DNA from: Planctopirus limnophila DSM 3776
Lineage (GTDB): Bacteria > Planctomycetota > Planctomycetia > Planctomycetales > Planctomycetaceae
Direction of reading: 5' to 3'
Assembly (NCBI RefSeq): GCF_000092105.1
Contig: NC_014148.1
Span: forward strand, 4,350,001-4,382,000
DNA: 32,000 nt
Shown here: positions 1 to 9,603 of the stretch, piece after piece
Layout: each line of letters opens with the position of its first letter
How positions within the stretch are numbered: the stretch's first letter is position 1
Notes under the pieces: model-generated
The model's database searches: none
What the model saw: only the letters and a program-made list of their open reading frames with translations
What the model was told of the DNA's origin: nothing
Program-made: the position numbers and the translations under genes

Positions 1-1032
1 TGGCGGCAGATTCTTTTGCCGGGGGCCGAAAAAGGTGCGGATGGCTGTGTGATACAAGCCGTTCCAGCTACCGAATGTCTGTGCGACGGCTGTCGGTTCG
101 TAGCCACAGTGAACCATACAGTTGGCACATTTGGGGTTGCCACTGGCGCGGCCATAATCTGGCCAGTGAGTAGTTTCCATCAGCTCTTTAAAGGTTCTGG
201 TGTAGCCTTCATTCATCAGATAGCAGGGCTTCTGCCAGCCAAAGAGGTTGTAGGTGGGGCTCCCCCACGGTGTGCATTCCAGATTCCAGGCACCTTGCAG
301 AAACTCGATAAAGAGTGGTGAAAGGTTGAATTTCCACCGCTTTTTGGCATTCGAAAAGAGCTTCCGGAAGAGTGAAACCGTCTGCTGTCGCTGCAGGAAC
401 AACGTTTGAATCGGGGCTTTCTCGTACTGGTACCCCGGGGAAAGCATCATCCCTTCGACACCCAGATCAGCCAGAGTATCAAACATTTCCCGCAGGGCTT
501 CGGGCTGAGCGTTGTTATAGACCGTCGTATTCGTCGTCACCCGATAGCCCTGCGCGATGGCTGTTTTGATCGCACTGATGGCGACGTCGTACACCCCTTC
601 ACGGCATACGGCAAAGTCGTGCTCTTCTTGCGGGCCGTCGAGATGAATCGAGAAGGTCAGGTACGGGCTGGGCTGGAATTTGTGAAGATGTTTTTCGAGC
701 AGGATGGCATTCGTGCACAGGTAAACAAACTTTTTGCGAGCCACCAGCCCGGCAACGATTTCGCCGATTTGCGGGTGCAGGAGTGGCTCTCCACCGGGAA
801 TGGAAATGACCGGCGCACCGCATTCATCGGCGGCAGCGAAGCATTCTTCGGGAGAAAGGTGCTTGCGCAAAATCTCGACGGGATGCTGGATCTTGCCACA
901 TCCAGCGCAGGCCAGATTGCAGCGAAAAAGAGGTTCGAGCATCAGAACCAGCGGATATCGCTTGTTGCCCAGCATTCGCTGTTTGAGCACATAGCTGGCG
1001 ATCGTCCACATTTGACGGACAGGAACCGACAT
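1..1032 (-). CDS. hpnH: Hopanoid-associated radical SAM protein HpnH (adenosyl-hopene transferase); N-terminal 344 codons, C-terminus lies beyond the left edge
   Basis: Absent from the supplied ORF track because it has no in-window stop. My translation of the minus strand from the ATG at 1032..1030 reads [93 protein letters not shown]... The frame stays open for all 344 codons down to base 1. CNLACAGC is a CxxxCxxC radical-SAM cluster motif. The N-terminal block [25 protein letters not shown] is as I remember it for HpnH. The + strand ORF 406..1170 is its antisense shadow. Confidence 0.85.
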   Translation of the reverse strand, partial: MSVPVRQMWTIASYVLKQRMLGNKRYPLVLMLEPLFRCNLACAGCGKIQHPVEILRKHLSPEECFAAADECGAPVISIPGGEPLLHPQIGEIVAGLVARKKFVYLCTNAILLEKHLHKFQPSPYLTFSIHLDGPQEEHDFAVCREGVYDVAISAIKTAIAQGYRVTTNTTVYNNAQPEALREMFDTLADLGVEGMMLSPGYQYEKAPIQTLFLQRQQTVSLFRKLFSNAKKRWKFNLSPLFIEFLQGAWNLECTPWGSPTYNLFGWQKPCYLMNEGYTRTFKELMETTHWPDYGRASGNPKCANCMVHCGYEPTAVAQTFGSWNGLYHTAIRTFFGPRQKNLPP

Positions 1033-1289
1033 TCGAGGCGACCTCCATGTATTGGTGAACAACGCCTTATCGAGCAAGCGTTTTGCGAAAACTTCTCTGG
1101 CGAGCCGAATGATCCCTACGGCCCAGCTGTCGTCTTTAACGTCATTTATTCCCACGGGCTGGTCCGATGACCAGGGGATGACAGCGATTCCCCAAGACTA
1201 ATAGATGTAACGGTGTGGCGAGAATCTGTCATCATGCCTTCGCAGAATTCTGCGATCTTCGCCGCAATTAGGCCTTTGAGTGGAGAAGA

Positions 1290-2525
1290 TCAGCACCAGC
1301 GGTAAGCGAGGAGTGTTTCGCCCTTTTTTGGTGGCGGGGAATTCGCCGGGAAGTAAATCATCCCGTTCGCTGAGAGAGTGGCCTGCAGATCAGATGAGCC
1401 CTGCCACGGGATGGTGCGGGCCGTGGTGGATGAGCCGGTGGAGTCGATGAAGGCGGGATGATACGTGGGCCGGTCACTCGTGTACTTTTCGTCGACCGCA
1501 GCCAGAGCTTCGATGGCTGGAGCAATGGTGGGAGTGATCCCCGAAAATTTTCGCAAGGCGGTTTTCACAAACAGTTCGAAGCAGACGAGACTGCTGACCG
1601 GGTTGCCGGGAAGGCCGAAGACGAGGCAGGTTTTTGGCTGCCGTTTGATCCCGAACCAGATGGGCTTACCAGGCTTGATATCGACTTTGTGAAAGATCTT
1701 TTCGACACCTTCAGCAGTGAGTGCCTGTGGGACGAGATCGAGCATACCTGCGGAGACACCCCCGGTTAACAGGAGAAGATCGGCTGCCAAGCCCTGGCGG
1801 ATCTTGAGCGTGAGTTCGTCCAACGAGTCGGAGGCGATGCCGAGTCTCTGCACTTCACAGCCGGCTTGCAACGCGAGGCTGGCGAGCAAAGTCTCATTCG
1901 AGTTTCGAATCTGGCCGGGGCCTGGCTTTTCGCTGGGAGGAACCAGTTCATCCCCCGTGGCCAGAATGGCGAGTGTTGGCTTTTGTTTGACTGGAATGGT
2001 CACGATCCCCAGTTCGGCCAGACCTGCCAGATGCTGGGGAGCTAACCTTTGACCAGCACTTAATACCAGCTGGCCCGGTTGCATGACGGCTCCACGCCGG
2101 ATCAGATTAGCACCGACGGCTGTGGATTCGTGAATGAAAACCAGATCCTCTTTCCGTGTGGTCCCTTCGATTTTGACAACTGCAGTGGTTCCGGACGGGA
2201 GCGGTGCCCCCGTCATGATCTGGATCGCTTCACCCGCTGCGAGACTCTTGGAAGGTGTCTGGCCAGCACAGATGAGACCTGTCACGCGAAGTGATGGGCT
2301 CAGAGAGGAAGTAGATAACCCGGCAGACTGTGCGAGATCTTCGGCCCGGATGGCATAGCCATCCATCAGAGCTTTATCGAAGAGAGGCGCAGGTTCCGGG
2401 CTGAGAATCGCCTGGCTCGTCACTCGCCCGAGAGCCTCATGGAGAGGCACGGTCTCTTCGGCGAGTGCATGCGCCGAGGTACTGATGAGTTCTAAGGCGG
2501 CAGGAATATCCAGAAGTGGTGGCAT
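1290..2525 (-). CDS. moeA: Molybdopterin molybdenumtransferase MoeA
   Basis: 411-aa ORF with blocks typical of the MoeA/gephyrin-E family: ...LFDKALMDGYAIRAED..., ...ILATGDELV...PGQIRNSN... and ...LLLTGGVSAGMLD... Confidence 0.85.
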   Translation of the reverse strand: MPPLLDIPAALELISTSAHALAEETVPLHEALGRVTSQAILSPEPAPLFDKALMDGYAIRAEDLAQSAGLSTSSLSPSLRVTGLICAGQTPSKSLAAGEAIQIMTGAPLPSGTTAVVKIEGTTRKEDLVFIHESTAVGANLIRRGAVMQPGQLVLSAGQRLAPQHLAGLAELGIVTIPVKQKPTLAILATGDELVPPSEKPGPGQIRNSNETLLASLALQAGCEVQRLGIASDSLDELTLKIRQGLAADLLLLTGGVSAGMLDLVPQALTAEGVEKIFHKVDIKPGKPIWFGIKRQPKTCLVFGLPGNPVSSLVCFELFVKTALRKFSGITPTIAPAIEALAAVDEKYTSDRPTYHPAFIDSTGSSTTARTIPWQGSSDLQATLSANGMIYFPANSPPPKKGETLLAYRWC

Positions 2526-2664
2526 GGCTCCGGTTCCGGATCTGATTCTTTATCAATGTGACATTCAGCGATGGCTGAACCACTCGTAGAAAGAGCTGGT
2601 GCATTCCGCTGGCGCTGCATGACACCCTACGGGAAGTCTAGCGGCATGCTTGCTCAGAGCCGCA

Positions 2665-2712
2665 AGCATGGCACTGAGAAAGCATGGCACTGAGAAGGCA
2701 TGGCACTTAGCC
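2665..2712. repeat. 16-bp tandem repeat x3 (agcatggcactgagaa, agcatggcactgagaa, ggcatggcacttagcc) in the moeA/rseP intergenic region
   Basis: Read directly from the sequence. Units are at 2665-2680, 2681-2696 and 2697-2712. An inverted copy of the unit start forms a 9-bp-stem hairpin at 2645-2670 (catgcttgc / 8-nt loop / gcaagcatg). Confidence 0.9.
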
Positions 2713-2735
2713 GTTACACCGACCTGAAATCAGGT

Positions 2736-4781
2736 TTAGAACTTGTGGACAAACAGATCGAGGCAGATGACAAAGAGCATCAGTCCCAGGACAAAGGCCA
2801 TGCCGGCATAAGTGGCAGCAATCTGCACCTTTTCATTGGGTTTTTTGCGGGTGATCGCTTCGTAACCCAGGAAGACCATGTGTCCACCATCGAGCATCGG
2901 AATCGGCAGGAAGTTAATCACCGCCAGGTTCGCACTCAAAAAGCCCAGGAAAATCAGCAGTGACGAAATTCCCAGTTTGGAAATCTCATAAGCAGCGCGG
3001 GCAATCCCTAAGGGGCCGTGCAATTCAAAGACACTCAAATGCCCGGTGAAGAGGCTGCGCAAAGTCATGTAGATATTCAGTACAGACTTCTCCATGTTGG
3101 CATAGCCCATCTTGAACGCTTCGCTGAAAGACTTCGCCTGCTGGGTCGTGCGAGCCGGATACATCGCAAATCCACGGCGTGGGTAAGGCCATTCCTTATC
3201 GGCCACAGGTTCGAGATCAATCGTTCGAGTTTCGGAATCTTCCTTGATGGTCAACGTCGCTTTGCGAAGTGGATACCTCTGAAGTTGCACGAAGGCGAAA
3301 GCCCAGTTGTTGACGTTTTTCTCTTTATCGCTCCCCAGATCGACTTCAACCGTTTTGGCATCCGGGCCTGATCCTTCATCCGGGTGAGGAAGCAGAGCCA
3401 GCTTGAGGATCCGCTGACCGGGTTTGATCCCCGCAGCTTCCGCAGGAGAACCGGGATCAACACTCAGGACGACGGGCACAACCTGAATGGCGACACCAAT
3501 CGCAGGAATGGCCAGTGCATCGCCGGCACGCAAAGGCGCATCGAGCCAGCCAGGACTGGACTCGGGAGTGACCTTGAGAACCACTTCCTGATTACCGCCG
3601 CCATCCTTCTGACGAGCGACTGTGATTTCGATTTCTTTACCAGCCATCTGGCTTAATTCGTCAGGCAGACGCAACGGATTGAGAGCCGTGCCAATCGCCC
3701 GGTCGCCCACTTTCACAATCTTATCCTTGGCCAGAAAACCGGCCTTTTGTGCAGGGGAACCAAGGCGGACAGCCGTAACTGGGCCGGTATCCATCGAGAG
3801 CCCCAGAGTGCGGAAGAAACCTGGGCCCACGCGTGATTTGATCTCTTCACCAGGAGCATCGAGATCGGGAACGCCGGCGGCATTCACGGGAGGGCGGCGA
3901 ACGGTGAGCGTGACCGTTTCACCACCTTTAGATACAAGTCGATCTTCGAGATCCTGGAAGGATTTCACTTCAACATCATCCACGTGTGTGATCAGGTCGA
4001 GCCCCTGAAGTGGTGGCTCGGCAGCTGCGGCGGGCGTACCCGGCATCACAGTGGGATCACCATTCAAGAACTTCATCAATCGCAAAGAAGAACTGAAGCT
4101 CACACCAATCGATGGACGGTTGCCGCTGGTATCGGGGACGACAACAGTTTTGAACGGTGTGTCGTCACGTCGGCGACCTTCGACATCAATCGGGCCCGTC
4201 GAAAGAGCAGCACTGATGGAAACTTCTTCGAACGATCGGATGGTTCGCCCGCCCATTTTCTCAATCTTGTCGCCACGTTCGAGCCCAGCCACCCAGGCGG
4301 GATGACCAGGTTCTACACTGCCGACAATCGCGGGGACAGATTCCACACCCATGGCAAACGCAATCGCACAGAAGATCAGCCCCGTGATGAGATTCATGAT
4401 CACACCAGCCGAGATAATCGCCATGCGTTGCCAGACGGGTTTGGACGAGAACGACCGCGGATCAGCCGCGATTTCTTCGCTGGTCAGTTGGCTGGGGTCG
4501 GCATCGTCCTGCCCCAGCATCTGCACATAACCACCAAAAGGAATGGCTCTGAGTGCATAAACAGTCTCGCCCCATCTTTTGGCCAGAATCGCCGGGCCGA
4601 AGCCAATGCTGAATTGTTCGACGTGCACATCGCACCACTTGGCGACGGCAAAGTGGCCCAGCTCGTGGAAGAAAATCACCATCCCGAGGCCGAGGGCGAC
4701 GTACAAGATATTCTGAAGGCTGCCCAGAGTGAGAGCCATCAGGCAGGGATTGAGCAAAAGGATCAAATCTAAGCTTTCCAA
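2736..4781 (-). CDS. rseP: Site-2 zinc metalloprotease RseP (peptidase M50) with PDZ domains
   Basis: 681-aa ORF. It has an HExxH zinc motif in the first membrane segment (FFHELGHFAVAK), long PDZ-like central segments and a C-terminal ...NFLPIPMLDGGHMVF... block. Its start overlaps the dxr stop by 13 nt, the widely conserved dxr-rseP arrangement. Confidence 0.85.
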   Translation of the reverse strand: MESLDLILLLNPCLMALTLGSLQNILYVALGLGMVIFFHELGHFAVAKWCDVHVEQFSIGFGPAILAKRWGETVYALRAIPFGGYVQMLGQDDADPSQLTSEEIAADPRSFSSKPVWQRMAIISAGVIMNLITGLIFCAIAFAMGVESVPAIVGSVEPGHPAWVAGLERGDKIEKMGGRTIRSFEEVSISAALSTGPIDVEGRRRDDTPFKTVVVPDTSGNRPSIGVSFSSSLRLMKFLNGDPTVMPGTPAAAAEPPLQGLDLITHVDDVEVKSFQDLEDRLVSKGGETVTLTVRRPPVNAAGVPDLDAPGEEIKSRVGPGFFRTLGLSMDTGPVTAVRLGSPAQKAGFLAKDKIVKVGDRAIGTALNPLRLPDELSQMAGKEIEITVARQKDGGGNQEVVLKVTPESSPGWLDAPLRAGDALAIPAIGVAIQVVPVVLSVDPGSPAEAAGIKPGQRILKLALLPHPDEGSGPDAKTVEVDLGSDKEKNVNNWAFAFVQLQRYPLRKATLTIKEDSETRTIDLEPVADKEWPYPRRGFAMYPARTTQQAKSFSEAFKMGYANMEKSVLNIYMTLRSLFTGHLSVFELHGPLGIARAAYEISKLGISSLLIFLGFLSANLAVINFLPIPMLDGGHMVFLGYEAITRKKPNEKVQIAATYAGMAFVLGLMLFVICLDLFVHKF

Positions 4782-5929
4782 CGTCGCGTCTCCTCGCGTG
4801 CCCAGGCATCCAGTGCCAACAATTCACTCAGTGAAGGATTGGTGGAGTGCGTGTGCGCGGCTAGTACTTCCCCACAAACCTGGGGAATCTTCATGAACTT
4901 CAAATCGTTATTTAAAAATCGTTCGACAGCGACTTCGTTGGCCGCATTCAGCACTGCTCCGCTGCCGCCACCGGCTGCAGCAACTTCAAAACCCAGCTTC
5001 AAGGCAGGAAACCGGTCGAAATCAGGGGGGAAAAACTCCATCGTCTGAGATTCGAACCAGTTCATCTTACGAGCAAAACCAGATTTTCGCTGGGGCCATG
5101 ATAACGCATATTGAATGGGCAGGCGCATATCGGGCGGAGAAAGCTGAGCCAAAATCGAGCCATCCACATATTCCACCAGCGAGTGAATGATCGATTGGGG
5201 ATGCACCACGACGTTTAACTCGTCCACGCTGGCATCGAACAGCCAGCGGGCTTCGATCACTTCGAGGGCCTTGTTCATCATTGTCGCACTGTCGATGGTG
5301 ATCTTCGGACCCATCTTCCAGGTGGGATGATCGAGGGCAGCAGCAACTGTCACCTTGTCGAGTTCGGCACGTGAGGACTTGCGAAAAGGCCCACCACTGG
5401 CCGTCAAATGAATGCGGGCCACCTCGTGGCGATTCCCGGCAGCGAGGCACTGAAAGATCGCGCTGTGTTCACTGTCAACAGGCAGAATTTCACCGCCAGA
5501 AGCCTTCGCCGCATTGGTGACGAGTGCACCAGCGACAACCAGGCTTTCTTTATTGGCCAAAGCGACCCGTTTGCCCGATTGTGCGGCGGCCCAGGTTCCC
5601 TTGAGGCCGGCGGCCCCGACAATTGCCGAAACGACAATCCCGACCTGAGGATCGGTTGCGACCTGCTCGATCCCTTCTTCGCCAAACAGCAGTTGAGTCT
5701 CAGGGGGAAACAGCGATCGATCGATCTCACCCGCCAGCGATGGATCGGCAATGACGGCATAGCGCGGATGAAATTCGTGGCATTGCGAGGCGAGTTCCTG
5801 CACGCGACGATGAGCGGCAAGTGCAAAGAGTTGAAACGATGCTGGGTCACTGCGGACCACATCGAGTGTGCTTAAGCCGATCGAACCAGTTGAACCCAGC
5901 AGGGCAATCTGCTTCATCAATGGGTACAA
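4769..5929 (-). CDS. dxr: 1-deoxy-D-xylulose 5-phosphate reductoisomerase (MEP pathway)
   Basis: 386-aa ORF with the N-terminal NADPH motif KQIALLGSTGSIGLSTLDVV, plus LANKESLV, DSEHSAIFQC and HPQSIIHS blocks. The start is either 5929 or, more typically for Dxr, the ATG at 5917 (MKQIALLG...). Confidence 0.9.
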   Translation of the reverse strand: MYPLMKQIALLGSTGSIGLSTLDVVRSDPASFQLFALAAHRRVQELASQCHEFHPRYAVIADPSLAGEIDRSLFPPETQLLFGEEGIEQVATDPQVGIVVSAIVGAAGLKGTWAAAQSGKRVALANKESLVVAGALVTNAAKASGGEILPVDSEHSAIFQCLAAGNRHEVARIHLTASGGPFRKSSRAELDKVTVAAALDHPTWKMGPKITIDSATMMNKALEVIEARWLFDASVDELNVVVHPQSIIHSLVEYVDGSILAQLSPPDMRLPIQYALSWPQRKSGFARKMNWFESQTMEFFPPDFDRFPALKLGFEVAAAGGGSGAVLNAANEVAVERFLNNDLKFMKIPQVCGEVLAAHTHSTNPSLSELLALDAWAREETRRWKA

Positions 5930-6232
5930 CCTTCAGGAAGACAAAAGGCCATGGCTTCTCCGGTCACGATCTGCTGAAAAGCCAAGTTGCCTGATCAGCT
6001 TTGGGGACAGCCTATTCGGAATTGGACAAAACACTGTAACTTCTATGATCTATAAAGTTTAGGAAACCTGAAAAAAGTCGACAAGGCCGGATATGGCTTC
6101 TTTGATAAGTGTCGGTTTATCTATTCGAATTCACGAGAATGACATCTACAGGGAGTTGCTGTGAGAGGCGGGGTGTTGTAGATCATCCCTGAGGAGTTTT
6201 CGTTTGAAACCACTGAATCTAAGGATATCGCC

Positions 6233-7822
6233 TTGAATTCGGCTTTGCCTGAAAGATCTATGAACCCCTTGGCCAATTGCAATGCAGGAGCCACACGCGT
6301 TTTCCCGCGAACTTTGTTGAGCCTTGCAATCATGGGCCTGCTGCTCGCAGGAATGTTGTTCTTGAGTGAAGGAAGTTCGGCCTTAGCGCAGGAAACGTCA
6401 CCGGTTCAGGAATCTGTACCTCATGCGGCAGATCACACAAAATCGGATAAACACCATTCTGAAAAAGATTCTCATACGGGTGATGCACATGCCGGGCATG
6501 AACCGTTGGGGAAGCTGGTTTCGAAGTTCTCAACAGTTCCATTTGCCCTGTTGCTGCTTTCCATTGCCGCCTTCCCGCTGATCAATCCGCACTGGTGGGA
6601 GCACAATTCGAACAAAGGGATTGTGGTCGCGATCCTGTCGATCCCCGTGGCGATTTATCTCACCATGTTTGGGGAAGCCGGTCTGCATACCCTCGAGCAC
6701 AGTGGTAAAGAATATGTCTCCTTCCTGCTGCTGCTGGGTTCGTTGTTTGTCATCAGTGGGGGCATCTATGTGCGTGGGTCATTGGCCGGTACGCCCGTAG
6801 TGAACAGTCTGCTCCTGGGCTTTGGAACCGCCATTGCCAGTTTTGTCGGAACAACGGGCGCATCGATGCTGCTGATTCGCCCGCTACTCAGGGCCAATAG
6901 TTCCCGCACACGCGTCACGCATACGGTGGTGTTCTTTATCTTCATGGTCTCGAATAGTGGCGGCCTGCTGACACCTTTGGGCGATCCCCCATTGTTTCTT
7001 GGATTCTTGAAGGGTGTTCCCTTTGAATGGACACTCAGACTCTGGCCTCAATGGCTCATGGTGAATCTCATTCTGCTGGTGGTCTATTTCCTGTGGGATC
7101 AGATCGCTTTTCGGAAAGAGTCTCATCTGCCAGGCACGTCCAGCGAGTCGCAAACCCCCAAAGAAGCCCTGGGGCTCGAAGGCTGGCACAATCTGGCCTT
7201 TCTGCTGGGAATTGTCGTCGTGATCTATGCCAGCGGCCAGGGCCTGGGGAATGGAGGCAAAGCCTGGCCATGGGGAATTCAGGAACTGCTGATGCTGCTC
7301 CTGTTGCTGGGTAGTTACTTCATGACCAGCCCTGCTCTGCGAGCAAAAAATCATTTCGGATTCGGGCCGATTATCGAGGTGGCCGTGCTCTTTGCGGGTA
7401 TTTTCGTCACGATGATTCCGGCTCTGGCCATTCTGAACTCTGAAGGCAAGAACCTGGGGCTCTCGACCGAGTGGCAATACTTCTGGGCGACGGGCATTCT
7501 TTCCAGCTTTCTGGATAACGCGCCGACCTACCTCACATTTGCCGCCACTGCCGCCGGCATTGCCAATGTCCCATTGGAGGGGCCTTACCTGAGGCTATTT
7601 CTGGAGACCGGTCCCGAGGCTCACGCCATTCTGGCGGCCATCAGTTGTGGAGCCGTCCTCATGGGGGCGAACACATATATTGGCAACGGGCCTAACTTTA
7701 TGGTCAAAGCGATTGCCGAGGAAAACAACATCCGCATGCCCTCGTTCTTTGGATATATGGCCTACTCGGGATTGATTCTGCTGCCGATTTTCGTGTTGAT
7801 GACGTTTGTCTTTTTCATCTGA
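6233..7822 (+). CDS. Ion-transporter superfamily permease (ArsB/NhaD/CitMHS-like, usually annotated sodium:proton antiporter) with signal-like N-terminus and His-rich segment
   Basis: 529-aa polytopic ORF. The ...SSFLDNAPTYLTF... and ...GANTYIGNGPNFMV... blocks are ones I associate with this superfamily. There is a TTG at 6233; the first ATG at 6260 (MNPLANC...) is the more likely start. The segment LLSLAIMGLLLAGMLFLSEGSSALA is followed by HAADHTKSDKHHSEKDSHTGDAHAGHE. Confidence 0.6.
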   Translation: MNSALPERSMNPLANCNAGATRVFPRTLLSLAIMGLLLAGMLFLSEGSSALAQETSPVQESVPHAADHTKSDKHHSEKDSHTGDAHAGHEPLGKLVSKFSTVPFALLLLSIAAFPLINPHWWEHNSNKGIVVAILSIPVAIYLTMFGEAGLHTLEHSGKEYVSFLLLLGSLFVISGGIYVRGSLAGTPVVNSLLLGFGTAIASFVGTTGASMLLIRPLLRANSSRTRVTHTVVFFIFMVSNSGGLLTPLGDPPLFLGFLKGVPFEWTLRLWPQWLMVNLILLVVYFLWDQIAFRKESHLPGTSSESQTPKEALGLEGWHNLAFLLGIVVVIYASGQGLGNGGKAWPWGIQELLMLLLLLGSYFMTSPALRAKNHFGFGPIIEVAVLFAGIFVTMIPALAILNSEGKNLGLSTEWQYFWATGILSSFLDNAPTYLTFAATAAGIANVPLEGPYLRLFLETGPEAHAILAAISCGAVLMGANTYIGNGPNFMVKAIAEENNIRMPSFFGYMAYSGLILLPIFVLMTFVFFI

Positions 7823-8211
7823 ATTTTTCGATTTCAGCACTTTCAATCACGTGGTGTTCAGGTCAGGAACTCTTTGCCAGACTTACTGTTAGGTTGAAAA
7901 AACTCGTGGAGCAGCCTGGATTGTCAGTGATCTTTTCAGGCAAAACAGCCGTTCTCTGGCCTGACAGAAGATTCTGAGACGCTGTCTGCTTATCATCTGG
8001 AAGCTTCCGTTCGCGGAAGAAAAGCTGTGGCTGACAAGAAGTTTGGGAAATTCCAGTTGTTCCGGCGTGGCCCGTGAGTGAATCAGGCCCTCTGGAAATT
8101 GGTGACCAGCCTGCTCCACGGCCTAAGGCGGATCGTCGGAATCCCGAATCAGTTCCATGGCTGATTTTGATACACATTGAGACACCTAAGATACTCTAAG
8201 CAGGATTTGTC

Positions 8212-9534
8212 ATGACGGTTTTGGTCTGGGCTGGATTCATCATCCTCGTGCTGTTGATCCTGGCCTTCGACCTGGGGGCCTTCAGTCGAGGCTCGCATCG
8301 AGTCATCAGTGCCCGGCAAGCCCTCTTCCGCACAGGTGTCTATTTCGCACTTTCCTGCCTGTTTACAGTCTTTGTTTACTACGCGTACGAAAATCACTGG
8401 TTTGAATTGGGCCGCTGGGAAACTTCGACCGCAGAAGCCGCAGCCAGCCCGGAATCTTCCAGCGAAAAGGCCTTGACGACCACTTCGACCGAAGCCACCG
8501 CCTCCGTCGAGAACCGCACAGCAGACAAAAAAACTGCCGCCACTCCACCGGAATCTGGCCAGCTCACCGAGAGTCAATCGGCTGGAGGGCCATCGACTGA
8601 TGCTCATCCCACGGATGCTCATTCCACATCTGCCGAGTCCTCTCCTGCCCACTCCAATTCTTCGGGCCGTGCGAAACATCACCGGTTAGAGATTGCGTTT
8701 CCCTTCGAACCTTCGGCCAGCAGTGGCGACAGCGACGAAGAGCCGACAGGTTTGCCAGAAAATGGCAGTGAAGCAGCCATCATGTACTTTACGGGCTATC
8801 TGGTCGAACAGAGCCTGAGTATGGACAACATCTTTGTCATTGCGCTGATTCTGTCGTTCTTCCAGGTTCCCGCGGCTTATCAGCACCGCGTCCTCTTCTG
8901 GGGAATCATTGGTGCACTGGTCATGCGTGGAGTGATGATTGCCCTGGGAGCAGCCATCATTCAGCGCTTCGACTGGGTCATTTACATCTTCGGCGCTCTG
9001 CTGATCTACACTGCCGTCAAGATGCTCTTTGCTCACGACGAAGAACTCGATCTTGAGCAGAATCGCCTCGTCAAATTCATCCGGCGGATCATCCCCGTGT
9101 ACCCCGGTTTTGTGGGGGATCATTTCTTCACAAAACTCGATGGCAAACTGGCTGTCACCCCACTCTTTGTCGCTTTAATGATGGTGGAAAGCACTGACCT
9201 GCTCTTTGCTGTTGATTCGATTCCTGCGGTCTTCGGCATCACCCAGGATCCTTTTCTGGTCTTCAGCTCGAACGTCTTCGCGATTCTGGGATTGAGATCG
9301 CTGTACTTTGCTCTCGTTGATCTGCTCGATCGCTTCCGGTTTCTGAAGTACAGCCTGGTTGCCATTCTGTTCTTTGTCGGCTCCAAAATGCTGGCTCACC
9401 ATTACATCGTCTTCTCGCCTTTTGTTTCGCTCTTTGTGATTGCGGTCTTCCTGGGCTTAGGAATTGGAGCCTCGTTTGTGGTCCCTGCTCCGCCACACGA
9501 AGAAAAGGTCGAACCGGCTCAAGAACCCAGTTGA
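8212..9534 (+). CDS. TerC/Alx-family integral membrane protein with a ~120-aa low-complexity insertion
   Basis: 440-aa ORF with the family blocks YFTGYLVEQSLSMDNIFVIALILSFF and MMVESTDLLFAVDSIPAVFGIT. Residues ~68-188 (nt 8413-8775) are S/T/A/E/P-rich and lie between the N-terminal helices and the first conserved block. Confidence 0.8.
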   Translation: MTVLVWAGFIILVLLILAFDLGAFSRGSHRVISARQALFRTGVYFALSCLFTVFVYYAYENHWFELGRWETSTAEAAASPESSSEKALTTTSTEATASVENRTADKKTAATPPESGQLTESQSAGGPSTDAHPTDAHSTSAESSPAHSNSSGRAKHHRLEIAFPFEPSASSGDSDEEPTGLPENGSEAAIMYFTGYLVEQSLSMDNIFVIALILSFFQVPAAYQHRVLFWGIIGALVMRGVMIALGAAIIQRFDWVIYIFGALLIYTAVKMLFAHDEELDLEQNRLVKFIRRIIPVYPGFVGDHFFTKLDGKLAVTPLFVALMMVESTDLLFAVDSIPAVFGITQDPFLVFSSNVFAILGLRSLYFALVDLLDRFRFLKYSLVAILFFVGSKMLAHHYIVFSPFVSLFVIAVFLGLGIGASFVVPAPPHEEKVEPAQEPS

Positions 9535-9603
9535 TCGTCCACTGGCCTGTGTGCCATGCCGAACCCCGATTTGCAGAAACCTATCAACACAGGTTGAGTT
9601 CAC

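Noticed and set aside
406-1170. 254-aa + strand ORF, the only long tracked ORF over the first kilobase
   Set aside because: It is the antisense shadow of hpnH. The minus strand carries a continuous 344-codon frame with a clear radical-SAM/HpnH sequence, while the + strand product has no motif and an arginine- and glycine-rich shadow-like composition.
2526-2735. Moco riboswitch upstream of moeA, or a genuine sigma54 promoter in the TGGCAC repeats
   Set aside because: No Moco-motif conserved segments were found on the minus strand. The TGGCAC units have AAGC instead of TTGC at -12, and they point away from moeA into the antisense of rseP.
4490-4520. REP-like half match inside rseP (ggctggggtcggcatcgtcctgccccag)
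   Set aside because: It shares the ctggggtc...ccccag ends with the repeat hairpin but lacks the complementary upper stem. It also lies within conserved rseP coding sequence (LGQDDADPSQLT), so it is most likely a chance resemblance.
6127-6137. 11-mer gaattcacgag shared with 10697-10707, plus ccttgaattc at 6231 and 10693, all in 5' regions
   Set aside because: These are short isolated matches in opposite orientation relative to the downstream genes, with no extended similarity. I treat them as coincidence unless a genome-wide motif search says otherwise.
7823-8211. Possible yybP-ykoY (Mn) riboswitch or alx-type leader upstream of the TerC-family gene
   Set aside because: I found only loose fragments (gtggagcagcc versus the remembered GGGGAGUAGC, and gagacg / ttgagacacc). 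I could not build the P1 helix or the four-way junction from the flanks. An Infernal scan with RF00080 would settle it.
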